From Actinomycetes bacterium (GTDB lineage Bacteria > Actinomycetota > Thermoleophilia > Gaiellales > Gaiellaceae), in NCBI GenBank assembly GCA_037142875.1, contig JBAWZV010000002.1, forward strand, positions 145,416 through 209,415: a stretch of 64,000 bases of DNA. The letters are read 5' to 3'. A program made the position numbers and the translations under genes. A model generated the notes under the pieces. The model made no database searches and was not told where the DNA came from. It saw only the letters and a program-made list of their open reading frames with translations. Shown here piece after piece: positions 20,177-29,945 of the stretch; within the stretch, counting starts at the first letter, position 1; each line of letters starts with the position of its first letter.

Positions 20177-20760
20177 CCGATTCCCCTGCGTCGACGCCGG
20201 ACATCAGGGTCGGCTCCTCTCCGAACGCCCTCGTTCCGGTCTCGACCATCGCCGGGCGGCTCGGCGCCGGTGTACGGCAGTGGGTCGGTCTCGGCCTCGT
20301 CGCCGCTGCCGCCGTGATCGGCGATCAGCTGACCAAGCACGTCGTGCGTACACACCTGTGGGTCGACGAGTCCACGACCCTGATCGGGCCGCTGACCCTC
20401 CATCGCGTTCAGAACTCCGGCATCGCGTTCGGCTTCTTCGCCTCGGCGACGGTGGTCGTCACGGTGCTCACGATCGTCGCGGTCGGCTGGATGTTCCTCT
20501 TCTTCGCCCGTTCGGGCGCCCGTCACCCCGTGCTGCCAGCCGCACTCGGGCTGCTGGTTGGTGGAAGCGTCTCGAACCTCGTCGACCGCGTCCGGCTCGG
20601 GCACGTGACCGACTTCATCGACGTCGGCTGGTGGCCCGCGTTCAACCTGGCGGACAGCTTCATCGTCGCCGGGGTGGCCGTGCTCCTCGCCGCGCTTGTC
20701 GCGACAGATCGGCGTGGCGTCGAGCCGCGCAAGCGTCCCCTCGACATCCAGGCCCGCTGA
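20173..20760 (+). CDS. lspA: lipoprotein signal peptidase (SPase II)
   Basis: ATG 20173 overlaps the upstream stop (ATGA). Motifs NSGIAFG, VDRVRLGHVTDFIDV and FNLAD are present. Confidence 0.85.
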   Translation: MTDSPASTPDIRVGSSPNALVPVSTIAGRLGAGVRQWVGLGLVAAAAVIGDQLTKHVVRTHLWVDESTTLIGPLTLHRVQNSGIAFGFFASATVVVTVLTIVAVGWMFLFFARSGARHPVLPAALGLLVGGSVSNLVDRVRLGHVTDFIDVGWWPAFNLADSFIVAGVAVLLAALVATDRRGVEPRKRPLDIQAR

Positions 20761-20780
20761 GCGTCAACGCCGGCTCGCTC

Positions 20781-21638
20781 GTGGTGCCGCCCGAGGCCGC
20801 CGGCGAACGCCTCGACCGGTTCCTTGCAGGGCACCTCGGCTCCCGTGGTGCGGCGGAGCGCGCCGTCGAGGCAGGGGCGCTTGTCGACGGGCGGGTTCGA
20901 CCCAAGAGCTACCGGCTAGAGGGTGGCGAGCACGTCCAGTTGGCCGACGCGCCCGAGGTGCCCCTGGGGGAGCCTGTCGCTCCGCCACAGATCGTCTGGC
21001 AGGACGACCACCTCGCGGTCGTCGACAAGCCAGCCGGCCTCGTCGTACACCCTGGTGCCGGCCACCAGACGGGCACGCTCGTTCAGGCGCTCGCAGGGAT
21101 CGTCGGTGGAGGCGAGCCGGAGCGAACCGGCATCGTCCATCGTCTCGACCGCGGCACGTCGGGTCTGCTCGTGGTCGCGCGGTCGGACGAGGCCCACGCG
21201 CGGCTGTCGGCGATGGTCCGAGGGCGAGAGCTTGAGCGCACCTACCTTGCGCTCGTTCGCGGCGCACCACGCTCGAAGGAGGGCCGGATCGACGCGCCGA
21301 TCGGACGCGACCGCGGCGACCCGATCCGGGTCTCGCTCGACACGGAGACACCACGGGACGCCATCACGCACTTCGCGGTGACGGAGCGCTGGGACAGGTA
21401 CGCGCTGCTCACCGTGCGCCTCGAGACGGGGCGGACACACCAGATTCGCGTGCATCTCGGGGCAATCGGCCTCCCGGTAGCCGGTGACAGCGTCTACGGG
21501 TCGCCGTGCCCGGGTCTCGACCGTCCGTTCCTCCACTCCGCCCGCCTCGCCTTCACCCATCCGTTCACGGGCGACCGCCTCGACCTAGAGGCGCCGCTTC
21601 CCGCTGACCTCCAGGCCGTCCTCGACGCGCTCGGCTAG
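20781..21638 (+). CDS. rluD: RluA/RluD family 23S rRNA pseudouridine synthase
   Basis: 3' part of track ORF 19827..21638. Has an S4-like N-terminus (ERLDRFLA), the catalytic-Asp motif HRLDRGTSGLLVVAR, and GRTHQIRVH. GTG 20781 was chosen as start. Confidence 0.85.
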   Translation: MVPPEAAGERLDRFLAGHLGSRGAAERAVEAGALVDGRVRPKSYRLEGGEHVQLADAPEVPLGEPVAPPQIVWQDDHLAVVDKPAGLVVHPGAGHQTGTLVQALAGIVGGGEPERTGIVHRLDRGTSGLLVVARSDEAHARLSAMVRGRELERTYLALVRGAPRSKEGRIDAPIGRDRGDPIRVSLDTETPRDAITHFAVTERWDRYALLTVRLETGRTHQIRVHLGAIGLPVAGDSVYGSPCPGLDRPFLHSARLAFTHPFTGDRLDLEAPLPADLQAVLDALG

Positions 21639-21734
21639 CCGAGCGCGCGCCCCGGCAGGGGTCACGGTGTGAGCGTGGCAGGTAGGATGGTCGGGTTCTT
21701 CCACCCCTCAACCCGGCGAAGGTACGAGGTGGAC

Positions 21735-21763
21735 GGTGGCCGATGCTCGCATCGGTCTCCACC
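21735..21763 (+). promoter_or_regulatory. stable hairpin in the rpsB 5' leader (possible S2 autoregulatory element)
   Basis: GGTGG-CCGATG-CTCG-CATCGG-TCT-CCACC lies 48 nt upstream of the rpsB ATG, inside a 170-nt gap. Confidence 0.3.
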
Positions 21764-21810
21764 GAGACGCCGCCGGTGCATGCACCTCACACAACCGAAA
21801 GGATCTACCC

Positions 21811-22722
21811 ATGTCAGTTGTCTCCATGAAGGAGCTGCTGGAGGCCGGTGTGCATTTCGGCCACCAGACGCGCCGCTGGAACCCGAAGATGAAGCGATTC
21901 ATCTACACGGAGCGCGGCGGGATCTACATCATCGACCTGCAGAAGACGCAGGAGCTCATCGACGAGGCCTACAACTTCGCCCGCGCGATCTCCGAGCGCG
22001 GCGGCTCGATCCTCTTCGTCGGCACCAAGAAGCAGGCGCAGGACGCGATCGCGACCCACGCTGGGCGTGTCGGGATGCCGTACGTCAGCCACCGCTGGCT
22101 CGGCGGACTGCTCACGAACTGGCGCACGATGTCCGACCGGATCCAGCGTCTACATGAGCTCCGCTCGCTCAAGCGCGAGCAGCAGCTCCACCTGCTTCCG
22201 GCCAAGGAGCGCATCGCGATGGAGGGCGAGCTCGAGAAGCTCGAGGCGAATCTGGGCGGTGTCGCCGACATGCGCCGCCAGCCCGACGCCGTGTTCATCG
22301 TCGACCTCCGCAAGGAGCAGCTCGCCGTCCGTGAGGCTCGGCGTCTCAAGCTCCCGATCATCGCCCTCGTCGACACGAACTGCGACCCGGACGAGTCCGA
22401 CTACGTGATTCCCGGCAACGACGACGCGATCCGCTCGTGCTCGCTGATCATCAAGGCCATCGCCGACGGCATCGAGGCAGGCCGGCAGAAGGTCACCGGT
22501 GCCGAGATGGCAGCAGGGCATGGCAAGGACGACGCCGCCGAGGCTCCGGCCGCTCCGGCGCCAGCCGCTGAGGCTGTCGCAGCACCCGAGGCCGAGGCAC
22601 CCGCAGCTCCTGCGGTCGAGGCGGAGGTTGTCGCCGCCGTCGAGCCCGAGGTTATCGAGGTCGTTGAAGCCGCTGAGGCCGCTGAGGCCGCGCCCGCGAC
22701 GGACGTCGAGGAGCAGGCATGA
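21811..22722 (+). CDS. rpsB: 30S ribosomal protein S2
   Basis: ATG 21811 after [34 protein letters not shown] is the canonical S2 N-terminus. Carries an Ala/Glu/Pro/Val-rich C-terminal tail. Confidence 0.95.
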   Translation: MSVVSMKELLEAGVHFGHQTRRWNPKMKRFIYTERGGIYIIDLQKTQELIDEAYNFARAISERGGSILFVGTKKQAQDAIATHAGRVGMPYVSHRWLGGLLTNWRTMSDRIQRLHELRSLKREQQLHLLPAKERIAMEGELEKLEANLGGVADMRRQPDAVFIVDLRKEQLAVREARRLKLPIIALVDTNCDPDESDYVIPGNDDAIRSCSLIIKAIADGIEAGRQKVTGAEMAAGHGKDDAAEAPAAPAPAAEAVAAPEAEAPAAPAVEAEVVAAVEPEVIEVVEAAEAAEAAPATDVEEQA

Positions 22723-23513
22723 CCGATATCTCGGCAGCAATGGTGAAGCAGCTCCGCGACGCGACGAGCGCCGGAATGATGGATTGCAAGCGCGCACTTG
22801 AGCAGACCGAAGGCGACTTTGACTCCGCGGTCAAGCTGCTGCGTGAGAAGGGGATGGCGTCGGCGGCCAAGCGCGCAGAGCGTGAGACGACCGAGGGCAT
22901 CGTCCTTGCGAAGAACGATGACACGACTGCCACGATCGTCGCCGTCGGCTGCGAGACCGAGCCGGTCTCGAAGAACGATGACTTCCGTGCGTTCGCACAG
23001 GATGTGCTCGACGCTGTCCACGCGGGCGGTCCGGATGCGGTTGCTGGTCTCGAGGAGAGTCGGGTCGAGCTCGCCGCGAAGCTCGGCGAGAACATCCAGG
23101 TTGTCGGTGCCAAGCAGATGAAGGCGAGCGACGGCGAGAGCTTCGCGACCTACATCCATCCGCCCGCGAACAAGGTCGGCGTGCTGATCATGAGCAAGGG
23201 TGGTGCAGCGGAGCTTCCCCGCCAGCTTGCGATGCACATCTCGTTTGCCCGGCCGACGTACTCCTCACGCAACGAGGTCTCTCCGGAGCTCGTCGCCGCC
23301 GAGCGGGAGATCCTCCTGAAGCTCGGCGACGTCGCCTCGAAGCCCGAGGAGGTTCGTGAGAAGATGATCGAGGGGATGCTCAACAAGCGCTTCTATGCAG
23401 AGTCGGTGCTCGGCGAGCAGGCCTGGATCCACGACACGGGTCTGAGCGTCTCGAAGGCGCTCGAGCAGGGAGGACTCAAGCTCGTCGATTACGCCTGGTT
23501 CTCGGTCGGCTGA
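22719..23513 (+). CDS. tsf: translation elongation factor Ts
   Basis: 264 aa with the UBA-like N-terminus ([22 protein letters not shown]). Follows rpsB with overlapping stop/start. Confidence 0.95.
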   Translation: MTDISAAMVKQLRDATSAGMMDCKRALEQTEGDFDSAVKLLREKGMASAAKRAERETTEGIVLAKNDDTTATIVAVGCETEPVSKNDDFRAFAQDVLDAVHAGGPDAVAGLEESRVELAAKLGENIQVVGAKQMKASDGESFATYIHPPANKVGVLIMSKGGAAELPRQLAMHISFARPTYSSRNEVSPELVAAEREILLKLGDVASKPEEVREKMIEGMLNKRFYAESVLGEQAWIHDTGLSVSKALEQGGLKLVDYAWFSVG

Positions 23514-24277
23514 TGTCGGCCGGCCAGCAGCCGGAAGAGATCGGAGCACCCGCCTTTCGGCGGGTGCTCCTGAAGCTCTCCGGCGAGGCGCTGATGGGGT
23601 CGGCCGAGTACGGCCTCGATCCCGCCACCGTCGATGAGATCGCTCGCGAGCTGATTCGCGTCCAGTCGGTGGGCGTGGAGCTCGCGCTGGTGATCGGCGG
23701 CGGCAACATCTTCCGCGGCATGGCCGCGACGGCGTCCGGCATGGACCGCGCGACCGGCGACTACATGGGGATGCTGGCGACGGTGTTCAACTCGCTCGCC
23801 GTCCAGGAGGCGCTCGAGCGCAACGGCGCCCACACGCGCGTGCTGTCGGCACTCGACGTCCGCGAGGTCTCAGAGCCGTACATCCGCCGTCGCGCGATCC
23901 GCCACCTCGAGAAGGGCCGGATCGTCATCTTCGCGGCCGGTACCGGGAACCCGTACTTCACGACCGACACGGCTGCCGCGCTCCGCGCGCTCGAGATCGA
24001 CGCGCAGGCGATCCTGATGGCCAAGAACGGCGTCCGTGGCGTCTTCGACGGCGATCCGCGCACCATGCCCGATGCGGTGTTCCTGCCGGCACTCACGCAT
24101 CTCCAGGCGATCGAGCGCGGCCTCAAGGTGATGGATACGACGGCGCTCTCGCTCTGTATGGACAACAACCTGCCGATCCACGTGTTCGAGCTCGCGCCGG
24201 GGAACGTCTCCCGGGTCGTTGCGGGTGAGAGCGTCGGCACGATCATCTCGACACCCACGCAAGGAGGCACCCGATGA
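23513..24277 (+). CDS. pyrH: UMP kinase
   Basis: 254 aa with [11 protein letters not shown] and GGGNIFRG motifs. Confidence 0.95.
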   Translation: MSAGQQPEEIGAPAFRRVLLKLSGEALMGSAEYGLDPATVDEIARELIRVQSVGVELALVIGGGNIFRGMAATASGMDRATGDYMGMLATVFNSLAVQEALERNGAHTRVLSALDVREVSEPYIRRRAIRHLEKGRIVIFAAGTGNPYFTTDTAAALRALEIDAQAILMAKNGVRGVFDGDPRTMPDAVFLPALTHLQAIERGLKVMDTTALSLCMDNNLPIHVFELAPGNVSRVVAGESVGTIISTPTQGGTR

Positions 24278-24837
24278 CAAGCATCGATGAGTTTCTCGGG
24301 GACGCCCACGATCGGATGCACAAGTCCGTCGAGGCGACGCACGAGCACTTCAACTCGGTCCGCACCGGCCGAGCGTCGGCGGCGCTGCTCGACCGGATCC
24401 AGATCGACTACTACGGCACCCCGAGCCCGGTGAAGAACATCGCGACGATCACGGTTCCCGAGGCTCGGATGCTGATGATTCAGCCGTTCGACTCCGACTC
24501 GGTGAAGCAGATCGAGCGCGCGATCCTCGAGTCCGAGCTCGGTTTGACACCGTCGAGCGACGGCAAGGTGATCCGCCTCGCGATCCCGCAGCTCACCGAG
24601 GAACGCCGCAAGGAGTTCGTCAAGATCGCCCGCACGATGGCGGAGGAAGGGCGCATCTCGGTGCGAAACATCCGCAGGGACGTGATGAAGCACCTTGAGG
24701 AGCTCGTGAAGAACGGCGACGTCGGCGACGACGAGGAGCGCGCCGCCGAGGCGCGTGTCCAGAAGATCACCGACGAGCATGTGGCGAAGATCGACGACCT
24801 CTTGAAGCACAAAGAGGCCGAGATCATGGAGGTCTAG
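24274..24837 (+). CDS. frr: ribosome recycling factor
   Basis: 187 aa with a typical RRF sequence ([15 protein letters not shown]..., RNIRRD...). Confidence 0.95.
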   Translation: MTSIDEFLGDAHDRMHKSVEATHEHFNSVRTGRASAALLDRIQIDYYGTPSPVKNIATITVPEARMLMIQPFDSDSVKQIERAILESELGLTPSSDGKVIRLAIPQLTEERRKEFVKIARTMAEEGRISVRNIRRDVMKHLEELVKNGDVGDDEERAAEARVQKITDEHVAKIDDLLKHKEAEIMEV

Positions 24838-24909
24838 CCGCGCCATGTCCTCTTCGGCGATGGCCGGTGCCAGGCACCGTAACGAGTGTGTAACGGGGGC
24901 AGCGCCCCG

Positions 24910-25659
24910 ATGAACCTGATCACGCGCATCAGAACCCTTGCGCGTGTGCGGGCAATGCCTGAGCCTGCCCTGCCGGAAGTCGCCGAGACCGTCGCGATCA
25001 TCATGGACGGCAACGGCCGCTGGGCACGCCGTCGTGGTCTGCCAACAGCCGTCGGCCACCGAGCCGGCACGCGTGCGCTGCGGCGCGCAGTCGAGGCCGG
25101 CATCGACTTTGGCATTCGCCACATGGTCGTCTACGCGTTCTCGACCGAGAACTGGTCGCGGCCGCAGGACGAGGTCGATGCGCTGATGGAGCTCTTCGCC
25201 GAGACGATCGAGCGTGAGCTGTCCGTCCTCGCGGAGCAGGGCGTTCGCGTTCGCTTCATCGGCCGCCGCGACCGGGCGCCACAGGCGCTGCGCGACCGAA
25301 TGGAGGCGATGGAGGACCGCACCGAGCTGAACACCCGGCTTGGCCTCTGGATCGCGTTCGACTACGGCGGTCGGGCCGAGCTCGTCGAGGCGACCCGCCG
25401 GATCGCCGAGAGCGGCATGGACCCACGCGAGATCGACGAGAACGTCCTCGCCACGAACCTCTACGCGCCCGAGCTTCCCGACCCGGACCTGCTGATCCGT
25501 ACAAGCGGCGAGCTGCGCGTCTCGAACTTCATGCTCTGGCAACTCGCCTACGCCGAGCTCGTCTTTGTCGACTGCCTGTGGCCCGACTTCGGCGCGAAGG
25601 ATCTCCGGGCAGCGCTGTCCGAGTACGCCAAGCGGCGTCGCCGGTTCGGCGGCCGATGA
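24910..25659 (+). CDS. uppS: isoprenyl transferase / undecaprenyl-diphosphate synthase
   Basis: IIMDGNGRWA motif and a C-terminal RRFG. ATG 24910 was chosen; GTG 24886 (track start) is possible. Confidence 0.9.
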   Translation: MNLITRIRTLARVRAMPEPALPEVAETVAIIMDGNGRWARRRGLPTAVGHRAGTRALRRAVEAGIDFGIRHMVVYAFSTENWSRPQDEVDALMELFAETIERELSVLAEQGVRVRFIGRRDRAPQALRDRMEAMEDRTELNTRLGLWIAFDYGGRAELVEATRRIAESGMDPREIDENVLATNLYAPELPDPDLLIRTSGELRVSNFMLWQLAYAELVFVDCLWPDFGAKDLRAALSEYAKRRRRFGGR

Positions 25660-26453
25660 GCTCGTTTGTCTCTCGGATCGTCGTCGCCGCCGCTGCGCTC
25701 CCGGTCGCTGTCGGCCTCGTCTACCTCGGCGGCTGGTGGACGTTCGGCCTCGCCGCTGTCGCCGCTGTGTTTGCGCTGCACGAGTTCTGGATTCTCGCGC
25801 GGCCGCTGAGCCCGCTCTCACCTGCCGGGTACGTCGGCGGGATCCTCGCGCTCGTCGGTGCGGAGACCTCGGGTGTTGCCTGGATGACAGGCGGTGTGCT
25901 GAGCGCGTTCCTGCTCGCCTTCGCCCTCAAGGGCATCTCCGACTCGCGTCAGGCAGCGACGACATCGATCTCGGCGACGGTGATGGGCGCCGTCTGGGTC
26001 GGCTGCGGTCTCTCGTTCACGCTCCTGATCCGCGACCTTGGCGACCATGGCCGTCTCGCTGCACTCACCGTCCTCCTAGCGGTGTGGGCAGGCGACACGC
26101 TTGCGTACTTCGGCGGGCGGCTCTTCGGTCGGCATCGCATGGCACCGACGACGTCACCGGGCAAGACGTGGGAGGGCTTCGCCTTCGGGACGTTCGCAAC
26201 GGTCTTCGTCACCTTCACCGCGCTCTACGACCAGCACTTCCTCACGATCGCCCAGTCGCTCGTCCTCGGCGCCGTGATCGCAGTCACAGCGCCGGTCGGC
26301 GACCTGTTCGAGTCGATGCTCAAGCGCGACATGCGCGTGAAGGACACCGGTCGGCTCCTCGGCGGCCACGGCGGCATGCTCGACCGCATCGACGCAGTCC
26401 TGTTCGCGGCACCCGCTGCGTACTTCTGCATCCGGGCCTTCGGGCACGTCTAG
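25656..26453 (+). CDS. cdsA: phosphatidate cytidylyltransferase
   Basis: ATG 25656 overlaps the uppS stop (ATGA). Multi-TM protein with the CdsA signature (SPGKTWEG ... SMLKRDMRVKDTGRLLGGHGGMLDRID). Confidence 0.85.
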   Translation: MSSFVSRIVVAAAALPVAVGLVYLGGWWTFGLAAVAAVFALHEFWILARPLSPLSPAGYVGGILALVGAETSGVAWMTGGVLSAFLLAFALKGISDSRQAATTSISATVMGAVWVGCGLSFTLLIRDLGDHGRLAALTVLLAVWAGDTLAYFGGRLFGRHRMAPTTSPGKTWEGFAFGTFATVFVTFTALYDQHFLTIAQSLVLGAVIAVTAPVGDLFESMLKRDMRVKDTGRLLGGHGGMLDRIDAVLFAAPAAYFCIRAFGHV

Positions 26454-26561
26454 GCGAGCGCTCGCGGCACGGCTGGAGGGCCCCTGTCTCGCGCGATGCA
26501 GCCGGGCGGACACGCACCGGCTAGCCCGGTCGCACGGTAGCTCGCCGGTACCCTGGCACTG

Positions 26562-27590
26562 ATGAAGCGGATCGCCCTGCTCGGCGCAACGGGTTCGATC
26601 GGGCGGCAGGCGATCGAGGTGATCGACGCTCACCCGGGCCTCGAGCTCGTCGCTGCCACCTCCGGTACGACGCCGATCGACGGTCTGGCGCCGTTGACCC
26701 AGACCGGGGGAGACCCGACCGACCTGCTCGAACGCGCGGCACCCGATGTCGTCCTGAACGCCGTGGTCGGCTTCGCGGGGCTCGCCCCGACGATGTGGGC
26801 GCTCGAGCATGGCGTGACGCTCGCGCTGGCGAACAAGGAGAGCCTCGTCGCGGCGGGTGACCTCGCGCTCGCTGCTCAGAGGCGGGGCGGAGGCGCGATC
26901 ATTCCGGTCGACAGCGAGCACTCGGCACTGTTCCAGTGCGCGCAGCTCGGCATCCCCGAGAGCATCGTCCTCACCGCAAGCGGAGGGCCGTTCCGCGGCC
27001 GTACCCGCGTCGAGCTTGCCGACGTGACGCCGGAGCAGGCGCTCGCGCATCCCACCTGGTCGATGGGGCCGAAGATCACGATTGACTCCGCAACCCTCGC
27101 AAACAAGGGGCTCGAGATCATCGAGGCGCACTACCTCTTCGACATCCCGTACCCCCGCATCGAGGTAGTGATCCACCCGTCGTCGATCATGCACGGGCTC
27201 GTTCGCTTCCGCGACGGCTCGTCCATCGCGCACCTCGGCGTCCCCGACATGCGCGTCCCGATCTCCTACGCGCTGACCTACCCCGACCGCTCCGCAACGA
27301 GCGTGCCGCCGCTCGAGCTGCGCACCATGGAGTTCCACGAGCCCGACCCGGAGACGTTCCGGATGCTCGCGCTCGCCCGCGAGGCGGGGGTGAGGGGCGG
27401 CAGCTACCCGTGCGTCTACAACGCCGCGAACGAGGTCGCTGTGGGCGCGTTCCTCGCCGGAGGAATCGGGTTCCTCGATATCGCCACCGTCGTCGAGGAC
27501 GTCCTCGACAAGGTCGAGGGCGCCCCGGCCTCCGATCTGGCCGACCTGATCGCGATCGACGCGCACGCCAGAGAGCTCGCCGCCCGGTGA
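26562..27590 (+). CDS. dxr: 1-deoxy-D-xylulose-5-phosphate reductoisomerase
   Basis: 342 aa with the N-terminal NADPH fold (IALLGATGSIG), LANKESLV and DSEHSA motifs. Confidence 0.9.
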   Translation: MKRIALLGATGSIGRQAIEVIDAHPGLELVAATSGTTPIDGLAPLTQTGGDPTDLLERAAPDVVLNAVVGFAGLAPTMWALEHGVTLALANKESLVAAGDLALAAQRRGGGAIIPVDSEHSALFQCAQLGIPESIVLTASGGPFRGRTRVELADVTPEQALAHPTWSMGPKITIDSATLANKGLEIIEAHYLFDIPYPRIEVVIHPSSIMHGLVRFRDGSSIAHLGVPDMRVPISYALTYPDRSATSVPPLELRTMEFHEPDPETFRMLALAREAGVRGGSYPCVYNAANEVAVGAFLAGGIGFLDIATVVEDVLDKVEGAPASDLADLIAIDAHARELAAR

Positions 27591-28771
27591 GCATCACCGC
27601 GGCGATCCTCGGGCTCGCTGTCCTGATCCTCCTGCACGAGGCCGGCCACTTCGTCGCCGCCCGCGCCGTCGGGATGAGGCCGCGCAAGTTCTACCTCGGG
27701 TTTGGGCCGCCGATCGTGAAGACGGTTCGCGGCGGGGTCGAGTACGGCATTGCCGTCTTCCCGCTTGGCGGGTACGTGAAGATCCCGGGGATGCACCGAC
27801 CCGCGGCGGGCGGCCTCCGCAAGAGCCTCACCGCGCAGGAGCAGACCGATCTCGACGCCGAGCTCACGACTATCGAGGAGGCGATTGAGCGCGGCGACTA
27901 TGAGGCAGCGCTCGTCCAGTTGCCGGCACTCGAGCCTCGGCTTGCCAAGAACCGGCTGTTCCAGGATCTTGACGGGGCGCTCTCGCCCGACGCGTACTGG
28001 CGCCAGGCGACGTGGAAGCGCATCGTCGTGATCGGTGCTGGGCCGCTGACGAACATCGCGATCGCCATCGCACTTTTCACGACCCTGCTGATGCTCGGCC
28101 AGGTGCAGGCGACACGGATCGTCGACCAGGTGCTCCCGAAGCACCCGGCTGCAAGCGTGGGCCTGCGGGCGGGCGACGCGATCGTCAGCGTCGACGGCCA
28201 CGCGATCACACCGCAGACGATCTCGACTCGAATCAACGCGACGCACGGGCGACCGTTCACGATCGTGGTCATGCGCGACCGCAGCCGCGTCGTCGTCGGC
28301 CCGCTGCGCGCCCGGCTGACCGACGGTAGCTACCGGGTCGGCTTCGTCATCCGAGGCGCCCAAGGGCCCGGAAAATCGCTCCCAGACGCCGTCGGGAGCG
28401 CGTTCCGGGTCGCCGGGCAGGTGACGGCCGACACCGTTACGACGATCGCGCAGCTCTCGGAAGGAAAGGGAACCCGCAACATCTCGAGCTCCGTCGGGAT
28501 CGTGAGGGTCACCTCCGATGCCTTCAGGCAGTCGCTCCAGGACTTCTTCGGGGTGATCGGCTTCGTCAGCCTGGCGATCGCACTGCTCAACCTGCTCCCG
28601 ATCCTGCCGCTCGACGGCGGTCACATCGTGATGTCGATCCTCGAAGGGGCGCGCGGCCGCGCGTTCTCCCAGCTCGCCTACATTCGCTACAGCGCCGTCG
28701 GGCTGACGTTCTTTGCGCTCCTGCTCTACCTGGGGCTTCGCAACGACCTCTTCGGCGGTGCTGGCGGCTAG
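27587..28771 (+). CDS. rseP: RIP metalloprotease RseP (site-2 protease, M50)
   Basis: GTG 27587 overlaps the dxr stop (GTGA). Has HEAGHF (HExxH), a PDZ-like middle and LNLLPILPLDGG. Confidence 0.85.
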   Translation: MSITAAILGLAVLILLHEAGHFVAARAVGMRPRKFYLGFGPPIVKTVRGGVEYGIAVFPLGGYVKIPGMHRPAAGGLRKSLTAQEQTDLDAELTTIEEAIERGDYEAALVQLPALEPRLAKNRLFQDLDGALSPDAYWRQATWKRIVVIGAGPLTNIAIAIALFTTLLMLGQVQATRIVDQVLPKHPAASVGLRAGDAIVSVDGHAITPQTISTRINATHGRPFTIVVMRDRSRVVVGPLRARLTDGSYRVGFVIRGAQGPGKSLPDAVGSAFRVAGQVTADTVTTIAQLSEGKGTRNISSSVGIVRVTSDAFRQSLQDFFGVIGFVSLAIALLNLLPILPLDGGHIVMSILEGARGRAFSQLAYIRYSAVGLTFFALLLYLGLRNDLFGGAGG

Positions 28772-28783
28772 CTGCCGTCTAGC

Positions 28784-29926
28784 ATGGCCCGCATGGGAAG
28801 CGAGCGTTTCGTCCGCGTCGGCGGCGTCCAGATCGGTGGTGGCGCGCCTGTCGTCATCCAGTCGATGACGCTCACGAAGACCCACGACGTCCCCGCAACG
28901 ACGGCGCAGATTGCGTCACTCGCAGATGCCGGCTGCGAGATCGTTCGTGTCGCGGTGCCGAAGATGGAGGACGCCGAGGCGCTCTCGCGGATCGTGCGTT
29001 TCTCGCCGATCCCGGTGATCGCCGACATCCACTTCAACGCGAGCCTCGCCCTGAAGGCGATCGAGGCCGGTGTGGCCGCGGTGCGGATCAACCCGGGCAA
29101 CATCGGCGGCGACGACAAGGTCGAGCAGGTCGTGCGGGCCGCCAAGAAAGCCGGCATCCCGATGCGGATTGGTGCCAACGGCGGCTCGCTCCCCAAGCAT
29201 CTTGAGAACCTCGCTCAGGAGGATCAGGCCGCGGCGCTCGTCGAGGCTGCGCTTGAGGAGGTTCGGCTGCTCGAGCGCCTCGACTTCCGCGACTTCAAGA
29301 TCTCCGTCAAGTCGAGCCACGTCCCGACGATGATCCGCGCGTACCGGATGCTCTCGGCGCAGGTGCCCTACCCGCTGCATCTCGGCGTCACCGAAGCCGG
29401 CCCGCCGTCGACAGGCGCGATCAAGAGCGCGATCGGCCTTGGCGCGCTGCTGGCCGACGGGATCGGTGACACGATCCGGGTGAGCCTCACCGCCGACCCC
29501 GTCGAGGAGGTCAAGGTCGCCTGGGAGATCCTCAAGTCGCTCGGCCTGCGCGAGCGCGGCCCGATCCTGATCGCCTGCCCGAGCTGCGGACGCGACAACG
29601 TCGGCGTCCAGACGCTCGCCGAGGAGGTCGAGACAAGGCTTGCGACCTACAAGGAGCACTTCGAGGTCGCGGTGCTCGGCTGCGCCGTCAACGGCCCCGG
29701 CGAGTCCGGCGACGCAGACTTCGGGATCGCAGGCGGCCGCGACATCGGCTTCATCTACGCCCACGGCAAGGTGCTCCGAAAGGTCGAGTCGGAGATCCTC
29801 GTCAGCGAGCTCTTCGGCGAGATCGACCGCTGGATCGCAGACGGCATGCCCCGCCCGGAGCGGCGCAAGCACTCCAAGCCGGCCGCGCTCGCAATGGCCG
29901 AGGCGTCCTCAATTCCGCTCGAATAG
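28784..29926 (+). CDS. ispG: 4-hydroxy-3-methylbut-2-enyl-diphosphate synthase
   Basis: 380 aa with typical IspG/GcpE sequence (VVIQSMT, RINPGNIG, CPSCGR). Confidence 0.95.
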   Translation: MARMGSERFVRVGGVQIGGGAPVVIQSMTLTKTHDVPATTAQIASLADAGCEIVRVAVPKMEDAEALSRIVRFSPIPVIADIHFNASLALKAIEAGVAAVRINPGNIGGDDKVEQVVRAAKKAGIPMRIGANGGSLPKHLENLAQEDQAAALVEAALEEVRLLERLDFRDFKISVKSSHVPTMIRAYRMLSAQVPYPLHLGVTEAGPPSTGAIKSAIGLGALLADGIGDTIRVSLTADPVEEVKVAWEILKSLGLRERGPILIACPSCGRDNVGVQTLAEEVETRLATYKEHFEVAVLGCAVNGPGESGDADFGIAGGRDIGFIYAHGKVLRKVESEILVSELFGEIDRWIADGMPRPERRKHSKPAALAMAEASSIPLE

Positions 29927-29945
29927 CCGAAAGGGCTTATCTCAC

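Noticed and set aside
18859-20604. 581-aa minus-strand ORF
   Set aside because: It is antisense to divIVA, DUF167, the dksA-like gene and lspA, all of which have clear family motifs. The translation is Arg/Ser/Pro-rich.
19827-21638. 603-aa ORF as a single gene
   Set aside because: Only the last about 285 codons (from 20781) are rluD. The 5' part overlaps the dksA-like and lspA genes out of frame.
23761-25821. 686-aa minus-strand ORF
   Set aside because: It is antisense to pyrH, frr and uppS. This is an artefact.
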